Assembly (NCBI GenBank): GCA_965235115.1
Contig: OZ249436.1
Location: 42,596,001-42,660,000 of the forward strand
Direction: 5' to 3'
DNA length: 64,000 bases
Source of the DNA: Laetmonice hystrix
Taxonomy: Eukaryota
The position numbers and the translations under genes were made by a program. Positions 1 to 14,479 of this stretch are shown here, piece after piece. The notes below the pieces were generated by a model. The model was given only the letters and a program-made list of their open reading frames with translations. It had not been told where the DNA came from and made no database searches. The first letter of the stretch is position 1. The number at the start of each line of letters is the position of its first letter.

Positions 1-3000
1 CATTGTACTCCCACCGTGCACTAAATACCGCGACACTGGTATTGGACATGTACAAACTGTAGCCATCTTTGAGGTTGGTGATTTGATGTATGAGATAATA
101 AATACTGATCGTGTTTAGAAAAGGGGCGCGCCTGATGAACTACTGATTCATGGAAATAATACACTATGGTGCCCTACCTAACATAGATTCAGGCTGACAT
201 GATCATACAATTCAAAACATGAACATGGCGTGGTGTTAATTAAAAGTAAGCCGAGGATCATGAATGAGCACATGTTGAACATCACAATGATTTTAATATC
301 GTCCTGTCAAATCGGATCTTTATAACTGATACCCCAGACCTCCGACCAGTATTCATAACGGAAAGGTTATTTTGGTCGCAACACTTTAAGTGCACCTTAT
401 TCGAAGAACATTATGAACAACTGTTCAAAGCTGTAGACTGATAACAAATTCTAACACATCTAAGGCAGGAATGCCACGTTATCTTTTCCCGATTCAGCAT
501 CCATCCCTTGCCTGAAGACAGCACAAGGAGCTGCCAACAACTGTCCTTGCCGCCTCGTGTGGCAATGCATAATGCACAATCAAGGCCTTATTTTGTTGGC
601 ACAAAATTGTTGGGGAATGGAACCAGTTCGCAGAACATCAAGGGGCCTTTGTAAAGATGGTGATCAATATATGCAACTCCAAGCTTAGCTATACAACTGG
701 TCATCGCAGGAGCTCTAAAGGTGGCACTAAAAGGACACCTAGTGGTGACTTTAGAAAGCATACGCTCCCCCTGGTGTTAAACAGCGACATTAGGGAATAC
801 GCCTCCACCACCAGGGGTCGTGTATGTATTCCGTCCGTCTGTTCTGTTGGAATCAGACAACCGATTGTTATACGTACCGACATCCGGACAGTTGGTCAGG
901 TTTCGCCGAATTTGCACTTTCTTGCCACAGTTGCTCTACAAAATAAACCAGAAACATGTTTACAATCAAATTCTCCGCCAATAGAATCAGGCTCCGTAAA
1001 AACGTTGGCGACTTCTTCCCTCTTCTAGTCGATTATGTAAAAAGATTTTATTATTAGGGCTTTCTGCTTCACTTTCCACAATTCTTGTGAAAACCGCGAT
1101 TATACCACTACACTTAGTATCGTTTTGGAGTTGGTCCATGTATGATACAACGTGGGCCCCCTCCCCCGTACCGATCTCACAGATCCACACACACTCTGTC
1201 ACCCGCTGGGCTATCCGCTAGGCAGCTATACTAGTAGCATTGCTGTTACAGGTGCACCGCACGGCCACAATAAACACACAGCAGTCTCAGTAGGCCTACC
1301 CCACCCCCCCCCCACCCCTGGGAGGACGGACACAGAACGACACTGTAACATGCTGCGTGCATTACCATCTTGACATCATCATCATCAACATAGTTACCAA
1401 CAGGCGGCCATGTCTTACACTGTGTGTTTTCTTTGTCAGATACACGCCAACGTTCTATGCTTTGTGAAAAACCACTTTTTAAATTTTGTATTTAAGTTGC
1501 ATAAATTTAGATAATTCATGTCAGTTAAAAAAAAGTGTTATCAAAAATCCTCCTGAAGTCAAATCCAAAGTCTTTGTAAAATGTCGACATTGTTAAGTTA
1601 CTTTTATCTTTAGGGAAGTAAAAGACAAATGTTTAGTGAGAAAGGCCAGCATGACAACCGCCACACCTCGTAGCCTTTGATGGATGGTTCCTCCCTTGGA
1701 TATCTCGACATGATCAAAGGACATTTTATCTCCACTGATCAGTCAAACCTTCCGGTTATCATTTTCAATCTATGCTACCCTTCACACACCTCTGAGGTAT
1801 CATTAATATCTAAAAGTACCTTAAACTACAGACAGCGCGTAAATAATGGGAAAATGTGGATATTCTTCTCGAGGCTTGGAAACCCTACGTTTGAAGCGCA
1901 GGCCTTGAGCCAACAGCCTAAGGGCCAAGTTCACTCAGGCGGGCCAGAGGCCAAACTGACCACCACCAACATCTTGGCTGGTCGTCATGGTTACACAAAC
2001 ACCCTTTGTCGTCCTTTGTGCTCGTATTTTCTATGGAAGACCTGACAATATTATTGAAACTTTCCCGTGTATATCTAAACCATTATACACATCAACAGCA
2101 TTTGCCTATTGGTCATTCCAGGGGGTATATAACAATTTGTGACGATAGGCTATATTTTCCAAAGGTTGATGAAACTTACCGGACAATTTCTTATGTCACC
2201 CTCCGATACAGCATTCCGTAACAACTGGGCAAAGAGATTAGCTTGGGCAGGTGGCGCCACTTGTCCTGTCTGTTCTTCTAACAGCTTGGCCTGACACCTG
2301 AAACACCAAAAAATTACGATAAAGACAAAATAAACATCATCGACACACTGATATGGATAACATTTTGTTTCTAGTGGCAATCACAAATGAGTTGGGCTCT
2401 GTCTGTATTCACAAAATTTCCCAATTCCCGGAGACCCTGTCCAAGCCGCCTTCATCATCTTGTCTTTTGTATTATGTTCTAGGGAATAGTCATCAATCAT
2501 ACTTCAAGGCAACTTCTTGAACTGTGATTGCCAGTTTTTCAAGCTGAGCCTTCAGAAGTTGAGATGTTGTGCCGACGTTTGTTTCCCCCAAGGAGAAAGC
2601 CGCTGGTCAGTTTCTTTTCGCAGCGGCAACTACTAGACAAGCCACTGGCAGTGAATCCTGCAAATTGCAAATAGCCTCTTAGCCAATTTCCCCACGTATC
2701 TGCAGGCTTCTCGCCTATCTGACATAAATGTTTTAGGGGAACTATGCCTCCCAGACGTACGAGTTCTGTAAGCATTCAAGATGTACGATAAGTTGGAGCG
2801 GAGAATTGATACAATGTACACTGGACGAGCTTTTCATCTTCCCCACATGCCCCCTGGCTCTGCAATGATGAGGAGGCCACAGTCCCTTTGTCTTTCTGGA
2901 TGGTGCGGCTTATGGACATATTTGGGCCAAGAATAAAGGCTCGAGTAAATGGGGAAAGGAACGGCGATTTTTCTCGATGTCAGCCACTGTTTCATTGACA

Positions 3001-5303
3001 GTTTCAGGTGGGTAGGTTTGGTGGTCTCATCAGGAACTTGACGTATGTTGGAAAATATTCATCCTAAAGTTAGCTGTTAAAGGACAAGTTGGGCCTTACT
3101 GGTTACAACCACACAGCAGGCCCGCAAGAGATCTGTCTGTCCATTTGAAGACACCTTAAGCCTGGCTGACAATGGCAAACATGGTTTATTGCCCAATCAT
3201 TGCATAACTGACCACATTTGCGGCTTAATCATTGAACCATGTAATTATGTCTTTATGTCCTTTTACCAAGGTTTCAAATACTCACCACAAAGCAGTGACA
3301 GTTTGGCAAACGGCCATCTTAAAGGCGCCCGCCAATAAACTATTAGGATTTCTTAGAGGAAACTTCGATCTGACTAACTTGTAAAATCCAAATTCGTACT
3401 TCACAGCTTGCAAATAAAAACCTTATTTGCCAATTATGACCCTTTTATGTTCGTACAGCGGAGCAGGCAATTTCCTAAATCAAAGCATAGGCCCAACAGG
3501 TTCCATCAAACTCAGGGTCCTGTCTAGATGTAGAACCTGCAAGGTGGTAGGTCTTGAGTTAGTGCCCGAAGACTTTTGTTCACACGGCAGTGAGCAATCT
3601 TTGCTCGATGACCTGACGGCGCCCACATTGCCCGCCTGGCACTTACTCATACCCACACCCACCATTCACCATCCTCCCCTGGCGGCCAGGTACGACACCT
3701 TACATAATTTCTCACCTCACTTCCCACACTAAGCTGGTGTTAACCACGGATTTGGCACCAGATACCTCGTCTATCCGCTCAGATATGAGCAGCTCCCTTA
3801 CCTTCACCCTCTAATGATACTGCTGCCTGGATTTCCAACCTGCCAGGTCCCACCAGAATCCTTTCATACAGGTTGAGAATGTGGTCTATGTGGCCAGACA
3901 GTCTCTCCCAGTAAGATCACGACGGTGCTGCTTACAGAGGCGGTACTAATTGTGTAACGTACCCCGCATCCCGGCTGGGATTCTGCCTGGGGTTCCTCCA
4001 ATATTCCAAGTAGTTGATAAAAACCTAAATACGGAAATCAGCATTCTCCCTGTGGGACCTCCGGAACCACGTTGCGTTTGTTGAATTGACAGGTGCGGTA
4101 TTTTAACATTGACAGAAGGACGACGTATCAACCATGTGAGGATTTTTTTAAAGACATCCCAGATGGGGAGCGAGATGTTTAATTGGTCTGAATGAGCACA
4201 CCGATACCTTCGGAAAATGCGACTCCTTTTGATATGAAACGAAATGACGGGAAGGAAATATCTAAACATATCCTGACTGAATTAATCAAGTCAGGGTGGC
4301 TATATCATGTTAGCATGCATAGTGACCTTTTAATGTACATAGTAATTTGAGACTGACTTAAAATTCACATTGTTAGTGAATCTGACATTGACCATTTACA
4401 GTGTGGTTTTATGCTAACTGAAAGGGCTCATTAATTCTATACATGACACTTGCTGCCAATATTGTAAAAATGTCTCCTCCTAAGCCACCTGAAATGAAAC
4501 CTTTTAGAATAGAAAGCGAGAGACTTTTATGGCACAACTAATAGATTATTCCAACTTCTAGATGAAAATCAGTGCCCTCCCTGGTCCACATAACGCCATA
4601 TGCTCGCCTTTCCACAGGATATTGTGAATTAGGCTGGCAGCCTTCAAAATGGGATAACCATCTCCTGCCACTAGAGAACCCGACGCTTTAGCTGTATAAT
4701 ATTTACTCCGTTGGTCCCTTGGGGGCCATAACTGTCCCTTTTCTTTCAGAACCACTTGATGATGTTGTAATATTACCAAATCTGGGCCCGGTCATTCCAC
4801 CAGAGGTAGCGAGGTGAGGTTTTACAGCGGTCAGCGGTTACATCACCTCCCCCGGTGGCTGAGTGAGACCTGGCCACACTGAGTGACACTGACCAGGTGT
4901 GGTCACTTTCCTCTCCTCACCACGGCTGACCAGCTCCGACACCATCTAACAATCCAGACAGTACACCTGGATGGACATGGGCATTGTCTATGGCTTGGTC
5001 ACACCACAAGGTGGGCGCTGTACCACTGGTTATCTGCACCTCGAGTCTCATTACGGCCATCAAAATAATGGTCGTCAACTTTGTCAGGCAGTTATCGCCA
5101 CACAATGTGGCTATCAAATACATCAGGCGAAAATATGGCTCGCCTTAACGAGAGAAAAACCTGGTGTTTACTCTCCTTACTCGTACAGGACGACCCAATT
5201 ATTTCTGACCTGGCTCATCTCTACATTATGTATGCAGGGGGAAACGGACCGTTTCCTTTATTCCCGTTTTTTAAAGATATTATATTACTGACGTCGTACT
5301 TAC

Positions 5304-5383
5304 ACGAGAGCACTGGCCGACACATAGTGTACCATCTGGGTGAAGGGTAACGGTTTAGACGTCGCTCCGCACTGGCAAACAAT
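5304..5383 (-). CDS. USP54: USP53/54-like coding exon (80 bp); no further exon found in 1-5303
   Basis: cag|ATT...GT|gtaagt, phase 0/2. Encodes IVCQCGATSKPLPFTQMVHYVSASAL, matching the family segment CGATSxPLPFxQMVHY. Confidence 0.95.
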
Positions 5384-7480
5384 CTGAAATAGGACAAAAA
5401 TCACACATAATCACGTCATGGTCATAATCTAGGCACTGGCGATGCCCCAGTAATATACAACTTTTTAACAAACAACAAGTTTTTTTCTGAACAACGGAAG
5501 GCATAACTACATTTCTACGTTTTCTAAGGCATTGACCCAAGAAACCCCACATTATAATACCTCTAAGGGCATGCATATAAGAAAAAGCTATATTTTTATA
5601 CCGGCTGAGTTTGGAAGTGACGGGGTGCAGGGAGATTAATACTTGGACTATGACTAAAGACTTGTGGCATTGTAGGCTAGCTGTTGGCTCAAAGTCCAGG
5701 TCAGTTCTGGATTGTACTCATATTACAAGATTTCCTCCAAGCCTATTCATGGATGCCGTCAGTTCTCTGTCTTACAGTAATAATCCCCCTCAAGATGCGG
5801 AATACAAGGGTAAGGTCGGCAAAGTCATTCGTTTGATGAAAGACTAAAGCTTTGAAGGTCTACACAGATAAGAACGACTCTTGTGCCTGAGGAGAAAACC
5901 CTTAATCCACAAGGACAGCTCCAGACCCAACGTAAGAGTCCGGCAGCCGGTTGGGTAACATCAAAGTCGGCTTGTCCTGCTTGATGTTAGCGCCTTGGAG
6001 CCTTAGAACCGGCTTTGTGTGGCTGTGTGGGTCCCTGCGGTAAAACCCCTCCCATGGACTCCCGCCTGTACACGATTCACCAGAGAATTCCTCCCAAGTG
6101 ATCGGCAACGCTGTCCTGCCGTGATCTTAAGTCATGTGACATGTGTTTGGACGCCCCCGATGTAACCTTTCCTCTGAAACCTCCAGGCGAGCCCCTACCA
6201 CCTCCGGCTACCCGCCCTCTCCGGCCCACTCCATACCCCTAGGGCGGTCAGGCCAGGCCGGGCTGCCCTCCCCGGGGGTGACATGGTGCAGACCCCCAGA
6301 CAGGAGGCCACCCGATGGGGACCCGACCCTGACGTCTTCAGAGCTGCCTCTGATTACAATGCCAGCGATGCTCGTATTATTATAGCTGGAAGGTCGGCGC
6401 CCCCGATAGTACCAAGGCACGACTCCCAGTCCTTCACCTCTGACCCTATATCCACTACACACGACCTGACTACAGCTTCCGTACAGCTACACTACAAACT
6501 ACGTCCCTCATTCAACACCTAACACCCACAATATCTCACTGACAACCCGATAACTGATACGGGAAATAACCCTTCAGTATAGGTAATGCCTCAACATGAG
6601 ATCAAGCAATAGGGGTACATTATAACTGGACTAAATGCTGTTTATTACACTGAGAAAATGCACCAACTACCGGTACATTTTCATGTTGTTGACAGCACCG
6701 ATGACTCGTTCACCTGACCAAAAGACCTGGCGTGCGAATCCCTAGGGAAAAGTTCTCCCCTATGAAAAGCACCTCTCTGCCCCCATTACAGCTGTCAAAG
6801 ATCAGCAAGACACAATGGTCAATCAGGTCTAATGGTTAACTGAATAATGGATGTGTTGTAGGCTGGCCGACCACGGACACGACCAACGCCCGGCGTCCTC
6901 ACTAAGAACCCTCCCTACTTTGATAGGGACTCATAAAATCAGAATTAATGGGGGCTACCTTTTTATAACAGTTAATTGTCCACGTGTTCCTAGTACCTTA
7001 CCCCGATCATGAACGCTCCACGAGATACCCCCACCCACCGACCCGCTTGCACAGTAAAAAGTTTTACACGGTATGATCTGAAGTGAGTCCGTTTTTTTTC
7101 ATGTTTTGTTCACATGCCTACCAATATGCATGCAAACAGGCAAGCGTCATGGTTGCTGAACTTCCCTTGAAGCCAAAGATTTAGTTACTTCAGTTGCTGG
7201 GCAACCTGGAATGACCTCCATGAAAAACACATGCAATCTGGGCGGGGAGTTGGCAGGTTGGGCCAAGCTGAGGTATCGGTAGCCAAGTCCCATGGCATCG
7301 GAAGCTCAGGTAACACGTACCCACATCACCTCAATCTATTACTACCTTGAGTGACAAATACTTCCGGCTTCTCAACTCATTTATCTTCTTACATCTAGTT
7401 TTATACTTCAAAACTACTCCACTTTTTTTTAAATAGAAGAGAATGGATTAGATGAGAGGAGAAAACTGAATTAGTCTTAC

Positions 7481-7594
7481 CTGCTCGACCATATTCATGG
7501 CAAATTTCTGATGTGGGATGCAGTGTCTGGCACTGCACATGTCCTCCGACTCTTCATTGGCGATATGAAAATGGATGCGGGTCAGGATGTTTTC
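7481..7594 (-). CDS. USP54: USP53/54-like coding exon (114 bp)
   Basis: tag|GAA...CAG|gtaag, phase 0/0. Encodes [38 protein letters not shown], with family motifs RIHFHI and CIxHQKFAM. Confidence 0.97.
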
Positions 7595-10500
7595 CTAGAA
7601 TACACAAAAAACCAAACTGATTAAATCACTGTTACATTTACACAATTATAAAAAAAAATCCAAAAACTTGAGCTACTACTACCACTATACGAGTGTACCG
7701 GTAGTAGACAAATAGCCAACAGCACACATGTATCATGCGCGGGTCATTTATTTACATATCAGCCCAGTAAAAAGATGACATCTAACAAGGAGGGTTTGAA
7801 AGCCAAGACAGGCAGAAAATTGCAAGGACACAAAAGAGGTTTATAACTTCTACCCCATCATCGCCGCTACCCTTCCCCGTCACACCACCCACTGCCGCAG
7901 ACTTCACGTTCACCCATGTGCGCGTCATTTATCTTCACAAAACAACAAACCTCTTGCATGCTGTCAACCTCTCCGCACATGTTGGCACGTTTCTGTTCAC
8001 GCGAGCCACGCCGGACAAACTTTTTTCAACCTATTTTTTACGCCCGAATACGGAACACATGTGGGCCTCATCACAGTATACAATCCAACCACTTGTTGGT
8101 ATAGTGGCACCATGGCAGCCACAAAAACCACACTTTAAGTTACGATTTTCACCATAAAAATGGAACTTTTAGCATGGTATCAGCAAGAATTACAGAACAA
8201 TGCAATTGGATTATTTAACATTTTGATTTATCTTAGGTTTGTTAGAGTTTGCCATGTGTTCCTGTTTATCGGTAGTCGTTGACGTAACAAGTCTGAGTAG
8301 TGACAAAGGTCTATGCAGACTGAGGAGAGTGACTCATGCTCGTCACATACCCCGAGTTACCAGGAAATGTTACCAGCTTGTACGTGCCTACTTTAAGTTA
8401 GGTCTTTAAAAAGTCCCTGTAATCACTGCCAAATAAGTATGGATGAAGAAACCTAGTTACAGAAAATAGTAAAATTTATTTTCTTCTATAAGTGAAAAAG
8501 TTTGAAATGACCAAGGAGTACGAATACTGCTCCGAATCACTGGGCTAGTTGGTACCCATATTAGATTAGAGCCTACATGTATTCTTCCATGCCTGGTGTT
8601 GTCATGAAGACAACTTTGTGATCAAACGCATTACCTATTACTGGTACATCAATGTCAAATGGTCTGTAACATGATGCCAGTCGGAGAATTACCTGGGTGC
8701 TGTTTCGGGCTTGTATTCTAACGTCACTACTAAAGGCCTACCTCTCTACCTTTGTGAACAGGCAAAGGGCTGTATCTATTGATTCTACCTCTGTCTACCT
8801 CTTTTGTATGCGCACTCGACCATTACAAAAATAGAGCAGGGCCTCTACCATGTAATTGTTCAGTCTGTAAACACTGTCATGAACGTGATGACTAGAATTT
8901 GATCAGCTTGATTCAGTACCTCTTCAAAAATTAGTCAGAACCTGGCTATTTGTTACTGTGGCAACCATGGACCAAACAGAAAGAATTTCAGACATGCTCA
9001 TTAAGTCTCGGTATAGCAGTTAGTGGTACCTCTTCCCAAAGCTTGCAACCCAGTACTACCAATGTCCTGGAAAGAACTTTCAAAGATACCTCAACGATGT
9101 TGATCCCTTTAGATTTTTAAGGTATTTTTAATATGACTTTCTAAGAACCGCCAACCGGCGCTGGGCCTTATCCTAGAAGCCAACCTGGGTAGGTCTGTCT
9201 AGTCTCGTTGGTAGGCCCTAACTAACCCAACACGTTTTGTTAATACACCCATCGTTTATATCACATCCGTCTTGTCATCTAATGAGATTCTGACTGATAA
9301 CTTTCTGGGTTATTATCTGACCAGAGTTGTCATGTGGCCCAGTCTGCGACCCAGTATCAAGGAATGTTTATCAATCCACTGTTCCTCGTGCGTCCTCAGT
9401 AATTAGACCACCCATACTTGGTGAGCGTCACATCTCATAGGTACATCCGCTATCAATTCAAGAGTGTCCCAAAAGAAGAGGGATGGGGCACGAGAGCGTT
9501 ATCCCTTGCCGGTATCTAATGAGGGCCCTAGGTATCCCAATACACCAAACCCAAGAACTTTATTGTCTTGTCGGACCTGAAGGAACCCTGTGGATGTAAT
9601 CGATACCGCAGTTATCTCACACATATAAACAAACCCTGCCCAAATATACACAATCGTCCATAGAAAGTATCGAGCCATCTGTCTTACTTTAGTTTCGAGT
9701 AGAACAGTCTGCCATCTCCAATGGCCACCTGTGACTGGCCTTTAATGAATGGTACACCTGCCAAATCACACATACAGACGTTATATGTATTTAGGCAAAT
9801 CAGGCCCCATGACTGTGGGAGGGCCATTGTTCAGACTCTCTATGTGTTGTACACCAAGGCGCTCCACAAGGCCATTAGTAAGAGGTTAACTGTAAGGGCA
9901 ATTTGCTTTTGGCCGCCTCTATGTATTAATACCAAACTCGGAGAAAGAGATGGGAGGACAGCACTTGACATTACTTGTAGTGCTTTATAAATAATACCGA
10001 CGGCCTCCAGACCGTCGACTGATTGCACTCAGAACACGTGGACAAATCCTTTCACGAACTGTTCGTAGTTTAGGCAGAATCCTGGTCATAAGTCCTCCGA
10101 CAGCATATCAAGTGATTCGGACATAAACCAAACCTCACACTCCCAAGTATATTCTGAAAACGGACTACTGTAATACACTTTATAATCACGGAATCAACCA
10201 TCAAATACATTTCCTACACCGGATGTAACACTAGTTCCTTAAAAAAAACCTCCAATGCGCTCTCCAAGGCCTGCTTGACATTTAACAATTTATGTGGAAA
10301 TGATGACGAAAAAATATCACATGCACATGTAGCCCAAGTCCCATGATTACCATGGCGTACTGTGCATTGCATGTTATTACGGCTGGCAATCTGAAGGCGT
10401 AAACCTGAACCCCATTGACGCCTCATCAGTGGTTTTGGACCATGACCAAGTATAGCCTGGGTGGGACGTTTTCACCTGGAACCTTTCCAACACGCCAGCC

Positions 10501-13500
10501 TGAGTGGGACCCGGGTTTGGGAACTCCACGCACCAAGACCCGCTCTCCTAACCACACCTGTCTGATGGGAAATCTGTACGGGAGACACGCCTGAGTAAGC
10601 TGCCATAGTAAGCTACGCAGTCTGATGTCCTCCTTTGAGTCTATCCCAGGAGTATAATTTTCCATATTCGAATACAGTTTCTATCGTACAGCATCGAATT
10701 AGGCTAATACATTCAATTTTTATCGGAAGTGCTAGGGAAAATTACCTTTTTTACCGGCAGCCCCATTCATAGCAGTGGCCCTGGCAAGATTTACACATGT
10801 TATCAGGAATTGGTCAATTTCCCAGCTGTGCGGGAAGATGACTGTAATTGTGTTATTTCAGGTTACTTTGTGGGTAAACGGCCTCGACACATTCAATAAC
10901 TGTTATGACGGTTCAGCACTTTTAACTGGTACATAGCTATACCAGAGTGGATTCCAGACTTCCTGACTTCAATAAAATAACAGGGGTTGACGCTTGTGTC
11001 AGTGATCACTGAGAGATACGCTTGCACTTTGAGAAATTATCTCAAACTTAAAAGGTCTTTATGTTCAGAATGCAAAACACAGACTTCAGAGAACCTTTTG
11101 ATTTCACGCCATACTTCTGATTAGAACCACCTGAAAATACCAGACCGTGTGGTCAAATATCTAATCCTTAAAAAGTTTCTAAACAGCTCAAAAAGTCTCT
11201 TGTAGCTCCCCCTCGTCCCATTCCCCAGTAGCAGGAAACATCATGTGACATGTGAATTGGCTGGAGCAGTACAGGTAACCTGAGGTGTTTGAACTTGGCG
11301 TGATGTGATACAGAGACAGGCCGCTCGGCACGGGTACCCCGACATGAGGAGTAGGGGGCGCCACCGGCTCGGGACCAGGCCAAGGTGGCGGCCATCTGCT
11401 CCTCAGTGTCACCTGATTGCCCCCTCCCCACGCCCACCTCATTACCCCCGCTTGTTTACACTGGTCAGAAAAAAACCTTTCACAGCTAGGTCTCAGTAAT
11501 TTTAGTTCTCTGCATCTTTTTGGTGACGTAAAGCCTTTGGGAATACGCAAGATGTTGATCAATGCGAGTTATATGACCTCAGAGTTCATAGTTTGTTTGA
11601 TGCGGAATTAGAGTGAGAATTGATGAGACTGGTTCACGAAGATCAGGTCAAACATGGGAGTTTCCTCATGTCGGTAATTTTCACCATCGCCCATGGACCT
11701 GTCGTTGGTGTGTTTGAAGGTCTGGACGGGGCGCTGTACTGGTCACGGCGTGATACGTCACCAAGGCTGGGGCCGCACGGTCACGCCCGCCCCACCCCGC
11801 CCTCCGACTGGTATCATCATCTCAGGGCTCTGGTGACGTCTACGGGCTCCAGACTTGATTAACATTACCCTCATGGCTGGCTCGGCCCGTTCACTCAACA
11901 CTCATCTATAATCGTCTCCAGGTGTTGATGTGAGACAGCTACTTATGATACGAGTTCAAACTCTGCAGGACGATTGTGCCACCGGTTCTACACGGATATA
12001 CGGATACACGGTTCTACGGATATAGGGTTCCACTCACATTCAGACCAAAAAAAACGAACCTACGCTCAATTTAATTTTACTCTAGAAATACGAAACCCTG
12101 AAAGTTTGTTTTCCAATGTTCGGATAGATTTTCCAGCTAATTCCCATAGTGAAAGTTCATGTATTTTGATCTATTACATGTTTTATACCAGGACGGTTAC
12201 GTCTGTCCCGTATATCACTGCTAATGAGCTCTATTGTTAGTATGAATCTGTTCTTTTGATCTATTGTTCAGTACATTTTGTTCTTGACCTCTGCTTCTGT
12301 TCTCGATTACAATTGCTGACGATGTTCGTGATGGCCAGTGGATTTTTTTCACTACCTGGATATTTGACCATTGACCGTACTGTGCACTTGCTCTCACCTG
12401 GAAATAATGGCAGTACGAACTGACCATCGTTCGTGTGATTCCGTGCTGGCCACCGTTTGACCGCTCCGACAGCAGGCTACCGATTGGCACCGCCAGGGGG
12501 GATTGCAATAGCACGTTTCACACCCACTCGCTTCTGGCAGTGCGTTTTGTTCATGCTTCCTTTTTTACCTCAAACCTGCCTTTATGTTGGGAGGCATACT
12601 TCTGACGACTGTAGTCTATCATTTTGTAGCCTGCTCTGTCATGTCGGCTGAAAATATCATTTGTGCCACGCCTACCATTTACCAATACAAATGGTCCACT
12701 GTCACCCTGGATACTGGCACAGAACACAACTCAGGGGTGAAAATCAGGAAGCAAAAGGGACCAACGGATTCTTTGGCCAACATTTATCTGGGAATTAGTA
12801 AAGAATAAAGATAGCGCATGCCTTTAAAAATGGGCTGGGCCTTGTGCATGAGTGTGTGCGGTCGGTTTGCAGAGGTGGATAGGATTTGGGAGTAGCGTCT
12901 CCTTGGCTGTGGCATTGTCCGGTCAGGGTCATCAGCTGAGCCCTCACGGTGAGGGGGTCATTACCAGGGGGTGTCCCCGTCAACAATTACAACTGACACC
13001 CTGCTGTACAGTACTTTGTATGGCCTAACCCTTCCCTCACACCCAAAAATCCGTCCCTTTCTATATCAACTATAATTAGAAAGCTATATATATGTACGCC
13101 ACTGAATGGGCAGCGCCCAAAAGTCTTTCAAATTTAGATTTCTTCTTTAAACTCAATATAAACACCTCACCCTCACGTCTTAAATGAAAAACGCTTACAC
13201 TTCTTGGCATTCTTGCATTCCTTCTTTGATCAGTGTCGTAAGTGAAAGTTTATCAGTTACATAAGTTAATGAATCCTTTATCAAGTATCTAAAGAAGCAT
13301 CTTTCTTTCATGACTGGATTTGACCAATGAAGTAAAAGTTTCCCTTTCACACTCAATCTTGTTCCATCAGACTAAAATCCTCCTATCTGGTCTTCACCTG
13401 CACCCAGCGTAAAACAAGCACTTAGTCTTCACCACCACCACCATCTCTAAGATGCCACTTCCACTGCCTCCTGAATAAAACATGATCCCATTCTAGCGGC

Positions 13501-14344
13501 GGAGGAACCCTTTCACCCTCCATCTTGATAAGGGATGCGAGTGTACGCCTCCAGGTAGAGCTCCAGAGAGTATTGTTACCGCCTTTAATAGCCCTGACAA
13601 TGACACTGAGGAACTGATTCTCTGTCAGACTGCCCGGCGCCTGCGGGTAGAGTGAGGGAGGTGAAGCCCTCATGACGTCACATGACGTAACAACGGGGCC
13701 TACCTGCCAATACACGTATGGGGGGTAACCAACCATTGCCACCCCCACCCACTGTCCGTGCACGGAGCACACAATGAGATCAATACACTATAGGACCCGT
13801 CACGGAGCGGCGACACCTGACTCACCCTCACCCTGGGGACAGTGCATCCTTGAAGACAAACCCCCTCAGGCAGGAGACAAACACCTGCAATCAAGGCTTC
13901 TGTCCCACAGGCCTTTGATGTGATCTCAGGTTTTCATAGGTGTAAAACCGCGTGGGTCGATTGTGAAACTGAAGCTGACAGGACAATAAACCTGATGGAA
14001 AGGTCCCATGGGAGATCTACTAAACTCTAGAAAGTCTTTCTGCCAGGACATGTAATATGGAGATTTACCTCAATCATGGTGAGTGATTTACAACAATTCC
14101 TGCCCGTAAATACAGGCAGTGAAGTTCCTCACAAAAACTTTAAATGACACCACAGTGCAATAATACTCACTGTTTTAAAGAGTATTCTATACTATTGCGC
14201 ATCCTATGTAAACTATACATGACAACAAAAGTTTTCTGACAGAGATCAAAAGGCAAAGTTTCCAGTACCCGACACAATCACAAGCCATTCACCCCGACAC
14301 TGAAAACAAAACCCTCAGATAAAAGATCGAAATTGAGTCCTTAC

Positions 14345-14479
14345 AAAGCACTCGGCGGCGTCGTCCATGTGGCCCAGCTGGAAGCGGTGTTGGTCCTGGA
14401 AGCTGGTGGCCAGAGCCCTCCGCAGGGCATCCGGGGGTAGGGTGGGCCGGTCACTGTACTGGAACTGTGTGAACAGCAC
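14345..14479 (-). CDS. USP54: USP53/54-like coding exon (135 bp)
   Basis: cag|GTG...TTT|gtaag, phase 0/0. Encodes [45 protein letters not shown], including the family motif [14 protein letters not shown]. Confidence 0.97.

Noticed and set aside
2985..3040. Minus-strand CTGATGA...GAAAC hammerhead-like core
   Set aside because: The intervening sequence cannot form stem II.
1..5303. Next USP53/54 exon and the short ORFs in this region
   Set aside because: No segment matched the expected FGxLL...GDxRxCP peptide with splice sites, and the ORFs show no recognisable homology. Treated as intron.
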